DNA of 64,000 bases from the NCBI GenBank assembly GCA_964016885.1, contig OZ024748.1, positions 18,166,001 to 18,230,000 on the forward strand, read 5' to 3'. The notes under the pieces are model-generated. The model was not told where the DNA came from, did not search any database, and saw only the letters and a program-made list of their open reading frames with translations. Origin of the DNA: Eledone cirrhosa. Its lineage: Eukaryota. A program made the translations under genes and the position numbers. Shown one piece after another: positions 13,472 through 26,605 of this stretch; position 1 is the stretch's first letter, and each line of letters starts with the position of its first letter.

Positions 13472-13961
13472 TTAATACTTAAAACATTTGTATCATATAA
13501 CATTTATACCCTAAACAAGCAGGGAATGTGTGTGTGTAGGTGTGGTAAATAAATATATACATAATTGCAAACGAATCGAATATTATTATTGATATTCGAA
13601 AAACTCAGATTACATTTATTGTATTCAGCCATACAGAGCGATAGCTAGTTGTTAGTCATATATATATATTTAAGTATGTGAATTTTGTATATCTAATGAT
13701 ATACGGTATGTTTATAAATAAACATTTGGAAAGTCCTTTAGCTATGAATGTTGAAAAAGTGACAGTTAGCACCATCTAAGGTATTCCAGGGGATAACTGC
13801 CATGCCATCATCAGGAATGGCTTCCCCTTCCCTGCTCACACACACACACACAGGATGTTCCCCTCCCAAAATGTATACACACTTTGATTAGAAAGTGTGT
13901 ATACATTTTGGGGGTCACACCTTCCCGCCCGTCTCCTCAATCTATCTTATTTCTCATTCTT

Positions 13962-13997
13962 TCTTCTGATGAAGGACTAGTGTCCGAAACGCTAAGA
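13962..13997 (+). ncRNA. Minimal type I hammerhead ribozyme motif (mutated cleavage triplet) in a dispersed Penelope-type repeat
   Basis: tctt-CTGATGA-a-ggac(tagt)gtcc-GAAA-cgct-aaga; same family as 47967-48002. Confidence 0.6.
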
Positions 13998-14741
13998 CCC
14001 TCTTCCTGCCATATCAAGCGTTAACCTAATATATCCCTTCCATATACTGTACCGATTGTGTTGTTATTTCTGTTTACCTTTTATATATAATTATAATTAA
14101 AAACAGCCAACGCTCTACAGTAAAACTAAATGTGTGCACTCTGAACAGGTGATTGCATAACTGCAATTCACTGGATTTGTTGAGTGAGCTAGATGCTGGT
14201 CGAAGGACACGATCTTCATTAATATTGTTATATATATGTATATGTATGTGCGTGTATATATATGTGTGTATGTATATATATGTGTGTGTGTATATATATA
14301 TGTGTGTGTATATATATATATGTGTGTGTGTGTGTATATATGTGCGTGTGTGTGTGTGTTTACATGACAGGCTTCTGCAGTTTCTGCCCAAGAATGTAGT
14401 AAAAGATTCAACCCAGATCCTTACGGTTGTGGAATAAACACTTTAACCAGACAGCCATTCCTGGGTTTATCTCTATATATAAATTTGAGCGTCTTCCGTT
14501 AATCCCACAATGTGTGTGTGTTTGTGTGAATGTATGTATGTGTGTGTAAAAGGAAGAAAGGGGATTGTGAAAAAAACTATAACAAAACAGTGGTTGGCGT
14601 TTCATTTGCTACGCTGTCTGTGAGTGTATGCGAATGTGTGTCTTTGCGTAAATGTATGTGTGTATTTTTGTAAATGTGTGTTTGCACAGTTATATTTATA
14701 AATGCGTAAACACAGACACACATTTATATTTATAGGTATAA

Positions 14742-14775
<34 letters not shown>

Positions 14776-15279
14776 GAATAATCGAGTATCGAAAAATCGG
14801 CGCACGAGTTCACGATAAACAAAATTCGAAATGAGCGGCAGAGGGCTCAATAATTCAGATAAATCAGAGCTATAACTATCGTTAAAATACCGTCACACAT
14901 AGAACAAGTCTATCATCAACCGTACGACCGAAAAATTGCAATCTGGAAGATTCGGGACACTCAGATAAAAAATCAATAAATCAATAAATCAAATGAATAC
15001 ACCCATACACATACATCTCCATGTCAGCATGTTGAAAAACATTGTTGTATGCATATAAGACAATAAATATCAGATAATGTGAGACATATGTGCAAGCTGT
15101 TTCTTCTATACCTCATTTCATTGCAGCACGTGGTGCAACAACCCAAGTTATGTCATGCACCCTGTTCAATTCTGTACAACTTATACAGCTGTTGCAACCA
15201 TTTTAACAATATTTGTAACCCTGAGCTCTAGATAGGGCAACAACAACAACAACCATATTCTAAATCAATAACACAAGCT

Positions 15280-15834
15280 AATGATGGTGGTGGTGGTGGT
15301 GTCAGTGTTAATGTTGGTTGTGATGATGACTGATGATTATGATGGTGGTTGTGGTGGTGGTGATTGTGATGACAATGATGATTATGATTGGGGATGACAG
15401 TGGTGGTGGTGGTGGTGGTGATAACAATGACAGTGGTGGTGGTGGTGATAACAATGATAGTGGTGGTGGTGGTGGTGGTGATAACAATGATAGTGGTGGT
15501 AGTGGTGGTGGTGGTGGTGATGCGATGTTAGTTGTAGTCGGATGTGCTGTGAGATATACACATTGTAATGTGAAGGAACACGAGACATTGCTGGCAAGTT
15601 TGGCTGAGGTGGGGTAGATGGGAGTGGGAGGGGCGGAATGGGGGCGGGGCTGATACGTGGAGGGGGGGTGCAGGAGTGTGATGCAATAAGAGTTTTGGTG
15701 CCAGTGAAAAAAATGAAGAGAAACTCGGTTACAACATAAACACCACCATCACTATCATCACCAACTGCATCATCACCATCACCACCATCACCATCATCCT
15801 CACCACCATCACTAATACCACCACCATCATCACT

Positions 15835-15865
<31 letters not shown>

Positions 15866-16695
15866 TCATCAGCACCAACATCATCATCATCACAATCACT
15901 ACTTACATTATCATCACCACCACCATCATCGCTACTACCATCTCCACCACCACCATCATCATCTCAACCACCATCATCATCACTACCATCTCCACCACTA
16001 CCATCTCCACCATCACCACCACCATCATCATCACTACTACCATCTCTACCACTACCATCTCCACCATCACCACCACCATCATCATCACTACTACCATCTC
16101 CACCACTACCATCTCCACCATCACCACCATCATCATCATCACTACTACCATTTCCACCATCACCACCATCACCACTACCACCACCATCATCATCATCATT
16201 ATTATTATATATAATCCCGCCGAGGTTAACTTTGCCTTTCATTCTTACGGGGTCGATAAAATAAAGTACCAGTAATGTACTGGGGTAATTGCTGGCCTTG
16301 TGCCAAAAGTAGAAACAATTATTACATCATGTTTATTATTATTGCATCGTCGTTGGTGTTATCATCACCACCATCTTCATCCCCATCACCACCACCACCA
16401 CCATCACCACCATCTTCATCCCCATCACCACCACCACCCACCACCACCACCCACCACCACCACCATCACCACCACCCACTACTACCACCATCATCATCAT
16501 CATCATCATTCTTCTTATATTTGCTATTATTACGTTCGTCTTTGTTATTGTTATCATCACCAGCATCACCATCATCATCATCATCATCAACATCACCCAC
16601 CACTACCACCGTCATTATTATTATTATTATTGCTATTATTATATTGGTGTTGGTGTTTTTGTTATCATCACCACCACCCTCATCATCATCATTGC

Positions 16696-16727
<32 letters not shown>

Positions 16728-16870
16728 TTATTCTTCGTGTTATTGTATCTCCATCATCATCATAATTATCACTATTATTATCAATTCCCCATGCCACCAA
16801 AATTGCTGGCCTTGTGCCTAAATTATAACTCATTATTATTATTGCTGTTGTTGTTGTTGTTGTTATTTTT
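15280..16870. repeat. Compound trinucleotide low-complexity region (GGT/GAT, CAC/CAT, ATT)
   Basis: Direct inspection; it contains SINE A fragments. Confidence 0.9.
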
Positions 16871-17029
16871 GTAATTATTAGGTGGCAAGGAATTTATGGT
16901 GGACGTGTTTGTGACAAACAACCCTCTCTACAGAGGTCACCTTCATTTGAGAAAGTGATCTAGAGTGACTGACTTATGGATAAGGATGGGGTGTATTAAA
17001 CATATATATATATATATATAAGCCATGTG

Positions 17030-17064
<35 letters not shown>

Positions 17065-17199
17065 AGCCATGTGCTCTCTCTCTATATATATATATAAGCC
17101 ATGTGCTCTCCATATATATATATATATAAGCCATGTGCTCTCCATATATATATATATATATATAAGCCATGTGCTCTCCATATATATATATATATATAT

Positions 17200-17540
17200 G
17201 GAGAGCACATGGCTTAGTGGTTAGAGCATTGGCCTTGCAATCGAAAGGTTGTGAGTTCAATTCTTAGACCAGGTGATATGTTGTTTCCTTGAGCAAGACA
17301 CTTTATTTCACATTGCTCCAGTTTACTCAGCTGTAGAAATGAGATGATAGGGACTGGGGTCCATATCATTCCGCTGCAAAGTGGTCGTGGAGGTGCCACG
17401 GCAAAAAAAGCACCCAGCACTCACTGTAAATGAGGTTGGTGTTAGGAAGGGCATCCAGCTGTAGAAATCAAGCCAGAATCAGTTCCCGTCCCACCCTTGC
17501 AAGCAGGGAAAAGCGGACGTAAAATGATGATGATGATGAT
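17200..17540 (+). mobile_element. Full-length SINE B: tRNA head + CORE-like domain + RTE-derived 3' tail
   Basis: A/B boxes, then ccttgagcaagacacttt, then cactgtaaatgaggttggtgttaggaagggcatccagctgtagaaatcaagccaga, which is shared with the RTE 3' UTR at 10584-10636. Ends in (GAT)n. Confidence 0.85.
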
Positions 17541-18130
17541 ATATTATATATGACCTGCTTTTTCTAGAAGAATTGTTTTTCGTTTTTACCCCTGCTCATT
17601 CTCTATCTCTCTATTTCTTCTTTAATTTTTAATTCTATTTTCTGATGAAGGACTAGCATCTGAAACGTTAACATTTTTCCTACTATATTTAGCGGGAAAC
17701 TAATATATATCTTCATTGTACTTCATAGTCTGTTGTGCTTTTTCAGTTTACTTTTCACATACACACAACACACACATACATATGTATATATATAGAGATG
17801 TAGATATATTGTTTCTACTTTTGGCACAAGGCCAGCAATTACCCCAGTGCATTACTGGTGCTTTATTTTATTGATCCTGCAAGGATGAAAGGCAAAGTTA
17901 ACCTCGGCGGGATTTGAACTCAGAACGCAAAGGGCCATAACTCTATGCTGCAAAGCAAAGTGTCTGACACTCTTCCGACACTGCCAATCTTAATAATAAG
18001 GAGTGGGAACAAATAGAAAATTCACAAGTTTGATCAGCTATTGATTCAAGAGTCAGGTGCATTCTATACTGATCATATCCTGAGCAGATCAATTGTGAAA
18101 CATGTGTCTGCTTCTTCTTATTATTGTTAT

Positions 18131-18965
18131 GGGCAGTGGATTGGCAGTATCAGTAGAGCGTTGGACGCCATGCTTTGCAGCATAGAGTTACGTCCCTTTA
18201 TGATCTGAGTTCAAATCCCGCCGAAGTTAACTTTGCCTTTCTTCCTTACGGGATCGATAAAATAAAGTACCAGTAGTGTACTGAGGTAGATTTAATCGAC
18301 TTTCCCCTCTCCCAAAATTTTTGGCCTTGTGCCTATATAAGAAACCCTTATTATTAAGTATCGGTAGAGAGTCAGACGCCATGCTTTGACGCATAGAGTT
18401 ACTGCCCTTGCCATTCTGAGTTCAAATCCCACCGAGGTTAACTTTGCCTTTCATCCTTATGGGCTCGATAAAATAAAGTACCAGTAATGCACTGGATAAT
18501 TGCTGGCCTTGTGCCAAAAGTAAAAACAATTATTATTATTATGGGCAGTAGACTGGCAGAATCGGTAGATCATCGAGCACCATGTTCTGAGTTCAAATCC
18601 TGCCTACGTTAGCTCTTTACCTTTCATCCTTACTGGTAATGCACTGGGGTTAATTTTACTGGCAATGCACTGGGATCGATTTTACTGGTAATGCACTGGG
18701 ATCGATTTTATTGGTAATGCACTGGGGTTAATTTTACTGGCAATGCACTGGGATCGATTTTACTGGTAATGCACTGGGATCGATTTTATTGGTAATGCAC
18801 TGGGGTTAATTTTACTGGCAATGCACTGGGATCGATTTTACTGGCAATTCACTGGGATCGATTTTACTGGTAATGCACTGGGGTCGATTTTACCAGTAAT
18901 GCACTGGGGTCGATTTAATGGTTTTCTCCCCTCCTCCAAAATTGCCTATAGTAAAAATCATTATT
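18131..18965 (+). mobile_element. Three head-to-tail SINE A copies; the third has an internal 26-bp tandem expansion (about 11 copies, 18631-18918)
   Basis: Repeated SINE heads. Unit tactggtaatgcactggg(a/g)tcgattt has period 26. Confidence 0.85.
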
Positions 18966-19299
18966 ATTTTTATTAACTCTCTGTCTGCTTCTTAAGGATA
19001 CTGACTACAGTGAAATACCAAAGATAGAATCCCACATAGGTGGCCGGACCCAAATATTAGCATTGAGTGTTCAAACTGGTTTACCTATAGTAACTAAATG
19101 TTACACACCAATACATTATATATATACATATATATCATCACTGTTTAATGTCCATTTTTCAAGCTTGCATGGGTTAGACAGATCATCGACGGCGAGAGAC
19201 AAGTCTGGCCAGAATTGGCCACACCATACCTTGCTCTGCCGGGACTGTAAATTTGGTCGGAGTTTTCACAGTTGGATGCCCCCCTTAACACCAACCACA

Positions 19300-19890
19300 T
19301 TTACAATGTGGAACTGAATGGCAATGTTATGTGGAGGGACAGGCCAGTTGACTTCACTGAACCCTTCTCATAGCAGAATCACAGTTTGGGAGCCACAACC
19401 ATGTTTACAGTGTAGAACTGGATGGCAATGCTATGTGGAGGGCCAAGCTAGTTGGCCAAACTGAACCCTTCTCACAGTGGAACCATAGTTTAGGAGCCAC
19501 AGCTACATTTCCAGTGTGGAACTGGATGGCAATGCTATGTGGAGGGCCAAGCTAGTTGGCCAAACTGAACCCTTCTCACAGTGGAACCATAGTTTAGGAG
19601 CCACAGCTACATTTCCAGTGTGGAACTGGATGGCAATGCTATGTGGAGGGCCAAGCTAGTTGGCCAAACTGAACCCTTCTCACAGTGGAACCATAGTTTA
19701 GGAGCCACAGCTACATTTCCAGTGTGGAACTGGATGGCAATGCTATGTGGAGGGCCAAGCTAGTTGGCCAAACTGAACCCTTCTCACAGTGGAACCATAG
19801 TTTAGGAGCCACAGCTACATTTCCAGTGTGGAACTGGATGGCTCTGCTATCCAGAGGGACAGACCAGTTGGCTGCACCAAACCCTTCTCA
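19300..19890. repeat. 104-bp tandem repeat, about 5.5 copies
   Basis: ggccaagcta at 19441, 19545, 19649 and 19753; adjoins an antisense RTE/SINE tail. Confidence 0.95.
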
Positions 19891-20795
19891 CATAGATATA
19901 TTAACATCTATTTTCTATACCTGCACGGGTTAGATGAGTTGACTGGTCAGGTGACCACGTCTGGTTCATACAATCCAATTTTGAGTTGGTTTCTACGACT
20001 GGATACCTTTCCTAATGCTAGCAACTTGAGTACTGAAAGCCTTTTATCATGACACTGGTGCTACCACTGTGCAGGGTGAACTGGGTTATTTTCATTTTGG
20101 TACCAGTAGTACTGCCTTACAAAGGGGGAGTGGATGCTTTTCATGTGTGTAAGGCCAGTTTTAGAACCACTACTCCACTACAGTGGTAGCCATAATTGAA
20201 CCCCAAAACCTAAGGTTGTGCATACATCTTAAGTGTATGAACTTTAATATAAACTAAATAAGCTCTCTTGTACCAGGCGAGCATTTTCTTTTTTCCTTGA
20301 CCTTTTATCTACAGATATCCTGCATATATGTGGAAAAATGGATGTAAAACGGTGATGATGATATATATATATATGTGTGTGTGTATGTATGTGTGTGTGT
20401 GTATGTATGTGTGTGTGTGTATGTATATATGTGTGTGTGTGTGTATAAATGTGTATGTATGTATATATGTGTATGTATATATGTGTGTGTATGTATATAT
20501 ATATATGTATGTATATATGTATGTATATATATATATGTATGTATGTGTATATATATATGTATGTATGTGTATATATATATATGTATGTATATATATATGT
20601 ATGTATGTATATATATATATATATATGTATGTATTTATGTATGTGTATATGTATATATGTATGTGTATATATATGTATGTATATATATATATATATGTAT
20701 GTATATGCATGAATGTATGTATGTATGTATATATATATATATGTATGTATATATATATATATGTATGTATATATGTATGTATATAGATGTGTATG

Positions 20796-20856
<61 letters not shown>

Positions 20857-21003
20857 TATTTTCCGTAGTGTTGTAATATAAATATTACACACAGTAGATG
20901 GACAGCTCACGTAGAGTTTGCTCGACGGTTCCAGTTGTAGTTCCAAAAGTAATCCGGAGAAAAATAGAAGGATTTTAATGGATACAGTTTAGTTAAAAGG
21001 AAT

Positions 21004-21124
21004 TTATTGACACGTGTTTCTATAACAGTTACATAACCTGAAAACAGCTGCTATCTACAAAGTATTAGTTATGCAGACAATCAATATTTCAATGTTATTA
21101 TCAACTGTCATTTCATCGGAATAA
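21004..21124 (-). ncRNA. Hammerhead-like ribozyme with extended stem II in the Penelope pLTR
   Basis: Minus strand reads ttatt-CCGATGA-a-atgacagtt...aactgttat-a-GAAAC-acgt-GTC-aataa. Confidence 0.6.
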
Positions 21125-21617
21125 TTTTACTGAGGACCTGTTTGGTTTTTATAGAGAATATTAGGAGGGGGGGGGGGGGTGAAGTTGTTAGAAGAATAGT
21201 TGAGGGAGTGGTTTTTTGATGGCAGTGAGTAATTAGATTCCCATCTGTTGTTTTGACATTTCTATAGAATATATTATTGATTATTTTTCTAAATCTATAG
21301 AAGGATTAGAGATAGTTTAGATGTGGTTGGTTTTGTGTTTGCACTTAATTAACATTCAGATTTAAATTCTTCTTTCAAGTGTACGTATCCTTTCGCCCAT
21401 GCATTCACACACAAACATATATGCACACCTCTACAAAATACATATACTCACATACACATACTTACATGCTCATACTTACATACATATACACATGCATACA
21501 TATATATATACACATATATACATGTACATACATACGCGTTCATGTGTATACATTTTCATACTCAACTTATCTTTATATTCACACGTATAGACACACACAT
21601 ATATACACACATACTCC

Positions 21618-22277
21618 AATTAGAGAGAAACGAAGCCTGCATGCTCCGATGGATGTGTAACAGTAATATACGTGAACGACAAAGCATAAATGAATTGAGA
21701 GAGAGACTGAGCATAAGAGGAATCAAATGCTGTGTGCAGGAGAGGCGGTTGCGCTGGTATGGACATGTGATGCGTATGAAGGATGACAGCTGCATAAAAA
21801 GGTGCAGAGCACTAGAAGTTGATGGAAACCGCGGAGTGGGGAGACCCAAGATGACCTGGGATGAGGTGATAAAAGCCGACCTTACCCAATTACACCTCTC
21901 AAAGACAATGACACACGACCGTGACTTCTGGCGTCACGCAGTAATACAGAGTACCCGACCTCCCATGGGTACATGCTGAAGCATATAAACAATATGCCTC
22001 CACACCCCCCACCACAAGATGGTTGTGGAGGTGCCACGGCAAAAAAGCACCCAGCCAACACTGTAAAGTGGACGTGTAGGCGCCACGAAAAAGCACCCAG
22101 CACTCACTGTAAATGAGGTTGGTGTTAGGAAGGGCATCCAGCTGTAGAAATCAAGCCAGATCAGTTCCTGTATGAGCAAGGCATGGTCAGCCGACCAGAC
22201 ACTGCACACAACAGGACAACCCGTCTAACCCATGCTAGCGTGGAAGAACGAACGTAAAACGGTGATGATGATGATGA
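21618..22277 (+). mobile_element. 5'-truncated RTE LINE nested in the Penelope 3' region
   Basis: LERNEACMLRWMCNSNIRERQSINELR...RLRWYGHVMR matches the C-terminus of the intact RTE; (GAT)n tail. Confidence 0.92.
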
Positions 22278-22562
22278 TATATAAACACTTTAATACATGA
22301 ATGCACTTACATCTAACTATACACATCAAACATATATATATATTTACTTATTTATATACATTTTTCTCATATATATACATACTTATGGTCGCTTTTAGAC
22401 ACATTCATTATAGCATATTTGCACCTATTCTCATCAGCATATCTTTCCATTATTAGTGTGGTAATTTAAGGTTATTAATATACATATATATGTTGAGAAG
22501 AGATTATTTTTATATTTTTCTAACTAGATTGAGGTTTATATAGTTGGGGGGATGTCCCTCTT

Positions 22563-23780
22563 TTATGTAATATTCAGCTTGTAGTGGGAAAAAAGGGTTT
22601 TAGTTCGGTGACGGCAGAATAATGTTCGTTCAATTCTGTTATTCAGCAATTTCCTCTTGTGTGTGATTATGTAATAGATCTCAAGATTACACAATTTGCA
22701 GAAATTTTGGCTCCTGGAAAAGCTTTGGGTTTTAGCTAATTTCTCCCATTTTAGGGTAAACTTTTGATCGCTATCCCTGAGCGTCCAAGCTTTTTCTGCT
22801 AAAGTTGTTACATTTCTTTGGCTCTGGTGTTTTATTGAGTAAGAATGCCTATATAATCGAGATTTAAACGATGTTGCCGTTGATCCCACGTAATACCACT
22901 CGTTGCCTCCGGATTTAATGGTACACTTATAAATAATATTTTTTTCCAGGCACTTATTGCCGAGGGGGCAGTTGTCAGGATAGGTGCAGTTACAGTTGTG
23001 TACGTTGGGTTTTCTCTGGAGTAGTATTGCGGACGAACTTAGGTGTGGTTTATTTATGTTCTGTAGTGTATTGCCTACTGTTTTTTTTGTGTTCTTTGTA
23101 CTTAAGTTCTTAGTGTTTTCGTTTAACCTTCTAGTATTGATCTTTTTTATGTGTTGTTCAAGGTTTAACGCTGTAGAGTATGACAGTCTTATAGTGGTAG
23201 GGTTTAGGATTTTGTGGTATTTGTGTGATGTAGGAAAATGTCTCTTAATTATTTTAAAGAAGAGTACTGGTAAATTTGTACTAATGGAACTATTGTATTC
23301 AGAGTTATACCATAAGTACTCTTTGCATCGCTTTCTATTAGTTTTGTCTGTTGGTTTACTGGTGTGTATACTATGGTAGTAAGTGTGGTTTGGTGTTGTG
23401 TTATTATATCTACCTATGTGGGATTTATTTTGGGTGTTTTGATTGTTCTCATCTATATACTCTATTTTGTTGAGGTAGCCTGCTTTACTAAGGGCGTTAT
23501 CGTAGTACTCGGCGTGTTCCTTAAATACTTGTATGTTAGAAGATAGACCCGAGATTCTAAGGGAAATATTTTTAGGGATAGATTTAATTATAGAGATGGG
23601 GTGGTTAGACCCAACATTTACGTACTTGAGATTTTCATTCAATTTATGAAACGGTTTAATCAGACCAGAGTTTAAATTGAGTGTGACATCCAGGAAGTTA
23701 ACTACTTTAAGGTTGTATTCATATGTTATAGTTAGTCCTATTTCGAGTAGTAGTTTTCTTATATCTTTGCGTAGTTTTCC
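22563..23780 (-). CDS. Penelope-like ORF remnant: RT C-terminus, Cys-rich linker and GIY-YIG endonuclease
   Basis: The open frame extends upstream of the called ORF (GKLRKDIRKLLLEIGLTITYEYNLKVVNFLDVTLNL...YVNVGSNHP). It contains CNC..CPL..CL, IIYKC...YYVGST...SRLYRH and CKLCNLE. Confidence 0.88.
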   Translation of the reverse strand, partial: GKLRKDIRKLLLEIGLTITYEYNLKVVNFLDVTLNLNSGLIKPFHKLNENLKYVNVGSNHPISIIKSIPKNISLRISGLSSNIQVFKEHAEYYDNALSKAGYLNKIEYIDENNQNTQNKSHIGRYNNTTPNHTYYHSIHTSKPTDKTNRKRCKEYLWYNSEYNSSISTNLPVLFFKIIKRHFPTSHKYHKILNPTTIRLSYSTALNLEQHIKKINTRRLNENTKNLSTKNTKKTVGNTLQNINKPHLSSSAILLQRKPNVHNCNCTYPDNCPLGNKCLEKNIIYKCTIKSGGNEWYYVGSTATSFKSRLYRHSYSIKHQSQRNVTTLAEKAWTLRDSDQKFTLKWEKLAKTQSFSRSQNFCKLCNLEIYYIITHKRKLLNNRIERTLFCRHRTKTLFSHYKLNIT

Positions 23781-23819
23781 TAATATTCTCTATAAAAACC
23801 AAACAGGTCCTCAGTAAAA

Positions 23820-23940
23820 TTATTCCGATGAAATGACAGTTGATAATAACATTGAAATATTGAATGTCTGCATAACTAATACTTTGTAGATAGCAGCTGT
23901 TTTCAGGTTATGTAACTGTTATAGAAACACGTGTCAATAA
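23820..23940 (+). ncRNA. Hammerhead-like ribozyme with extended stem II (inverted pLTR copy)
   Basis: Stem I ttatt/aataa, core CCGATGA (23825-31), stem II atgacagtt/aactgttat, GAAAC-acgt-GTC; predicted cut after 23935. Confidence 0.6.
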
Positions 23941-23983
23941 ATTCCTTTTAACTAAACTGTATCCATTAAAATCCTTCTATATA

Positions 23984-24014
<31 letters not shown>

Positions 24015-24033
24015 GTATGTATATGTATTTTTA

Positions 24034-24066
<33 letters not shown>

Positions 24067-24085
24067 CTATGTATATGTATTTTTA

Positions 24086-24118
<33 letters not shown>

Positions 24119-24135
24119 CTATGTATATGTATTTT

Positions 24136-24168
<33 letters not shown>

Positions 24169-24187
24169 GTATGTATATGTATTTTTA

Positions 24188-24220
<33 letters not shown>

Positions 24221-24237
24221 GTATGTATATGTATTTT

Positions 24238-24270
<33 letters not shown>

Positions 24271-24292
24271 GTATGTATATGTATTTTTATAT

Positions 24293-24332
<40 letters not shown>

Positions 24333-24897
24333 ATTTTTAATATGTAGATTGCCGAATTGTTTTCAGGGGTAATCACAGTTAAAAAATGTACTCAATACAT
24401 AGGTAGAGTATAGACATTTTTTTTATTTTATATAGAAATGACTTTCACGGGACTAGAACTGTTTCATGCATATGAAATCATCACACTTCCCTGAAGATTT
24501 CATACGAATGAAACATTTCTAGTCTTGTAGAAGTCATTTCTATATAAAATGAAATATGTGTATTTTTATACATATATGTCTGCATCATCATATTCATCAA
24601 CGTTTAACATCTATCTTCCATGCTAACATGAGTTAGACGGGTTTGTCCCACTAGAGGCAAGTTTGGTCGGGTGACCGTATCTCGCTCGTATAAAATGTCT
24701 ATGGATAGTTTTCTACGGCTGGATCCTCTTCCTAGAGCCAACCACATTTACAGTCTGGACTGGATGCTTTTTACCATGTCTCCTACACGTTCACTTTACA
24801 GCGTGGACTGGGTATATCATCATCATCATCATTTTATGTCCACTTTTCTCTGCTTGCAAGGGTGGTGTGTGTGTATTTATAATCACAGTTAAAAAAT

Positions 24898-25068
24898 GTA
24901 CTCAATACATAGGTAGAGTATAGACATTTTTTATTTAATATAGAAATGGCTTCTACAGGACTAGAACTGTTTCATTTGGGAGAAATGATTTATCCCAAAT
25001 GAAACAGTTCTAGTCCTGTAGAAGCCATTTCTATATTAAATATTTATACTCTGCTATGTATTGAGTAC
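24898..25068. repeat. Palindromic repeat at the left border of the tandem array
   Basis: atttaatatagaaatggcttctacaggactagaactgtttcatttggga is perfectly inverted across an 11-nt loop, with looser outer arms. Related diverged copies at 24425-24550 and 12020-12135. Confidence 0.85.
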
Positions 25069-25213
25069 CTTACTTGTTGTTTTTACCCCTGATTGAACCC
25101 GGGATAAACTTCATCATGATCCATCAGCATCACCGTCTTATGTCAATGTTTCCACGCTAAGATGGGTTAGACAGGTTGTCCTGTTGTGGGCAATGCCAGG
25201 TCAAGACACCATG

Positions 25214-25261
<48 letters not shown>

Positions 25262-25733
25262 TCCAGAAATAGCCGTTGAAATGGCTTGAGCTCTGCCGGC
25301 GGGGTCAAACTTTTTCCTATTACCCACTCTACTACCCTAAATAAAATATTCATAAAGCATAAAATTTATTTAATGCCACATATGTTAATGTGAAATAATG
25401 ATCTGTATCAAAACCAATGATGATTCCTTTGTATTTAGATTGATTTTTATATGTATACTATGTGAGTTATTTAGCAAAATTATTTGCAAAGTCTATACAT
25501 CTGTTGGTGATTTTGCATATATTTGCATATGCATCTTGTTGTGAAGCATTGTCTAAAAATATCCTTGTCAGACCCATGCCACCATGAAAAAGTTGACATA
25601 AAATTGTGTGGTTGTATGTATATACACAGACAACTGATGAAGGAAAATTTTTTCCCGTTCATGCTTTCCTCTTATTTATACGTACACCTTATCGAGCAAC
25701 TCCACAGCCCCTGTTTCTTCTTAAATTTATATA

Positions 25734-25792
<59 letters not shown>

Positions 25793-26115
25793 TACATACA
25801 CATACATAATACATATATAGTATCATTCCATTTTCCATTTCCATTTTGTCTGCTTTTTCCCTGCTTGCAAGGGTGGGACGGGAACTGTTCTGGCTTGATT
25901 TCTACAGCTGGATGCCCTTCCTAACACCAACCTCATTTACAGTGAGTGCTGGGTGCTTTTTTGCCGTGGCACCTCCACAACCACTTTGCAGTGGAATGAT
26001 ATGGGCCCCAGTCCCTATTATCTCATTTCTACAGCTGAGTAAACTGGAGCAATGTGAAATAAAGTGTCTTGCTCAAGGAAACAACACATCAAGACACTTT
26101 ATTTCACTTTATATA

Positions 26116-26157
<42 letters not shown>

Positions 26158-26463
26158 TGTATATATATATATATATATATACTGTATATATATATATATA
26201 TATACTGTATATATATATATATATACTGTATATATATATCATCATCATCATCATCGTTTAACGTCCGTGTTCCATGCTTGCATGGGTTTGGACGGGAGTT
26301 TTCCCACTTCAGGCAAGAGTGATTGTCTTGCTCGCATAGGACTGTCTGACGGGTTTTCTACAGTTGGATGCCCTTCCTAACACCAACCACATTTACAGTG
26401 TGGGGCTGGGAGGTTTTTACCGTGTTGCCTACACGGCCACATTACAGCGTGGACTGTCTGGCA

Positions 26464-26512
<49 letters not shown>

Positions 26513-26605
26513 TGTATATATATATATACTGTATATATAATATATATATTTCGTTTCTGAATTTGTTTAGCAAGATTCTTTATCTGAAATCGTGTGTTGA
26601 AACCG

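Larger units (their letters stand above)
20853..23980 (-). mobile_element. 5'-truncated Penelope-like retroelement with inverted pseudo-LTR copies (20965-21166 / 23779-23980)
   Basis: RT C-terminus plus GIY-YIG ORF. The ~200-bp near-perfect inverted repeat at the truncation point is the typical PLE arrangement. Both ends are embedded in (TA)n. Confidence 0.85.

Noticed and set aside
25634-25660. ctgatga-a-ggaa(aattt)ttcc HHR-like start in each array unit (similar relics at 9399 and 48220-48272 minus)
   Set aside because: No properly placed GAAA and cleavage site, or stems too weak; at best degenerate relics.
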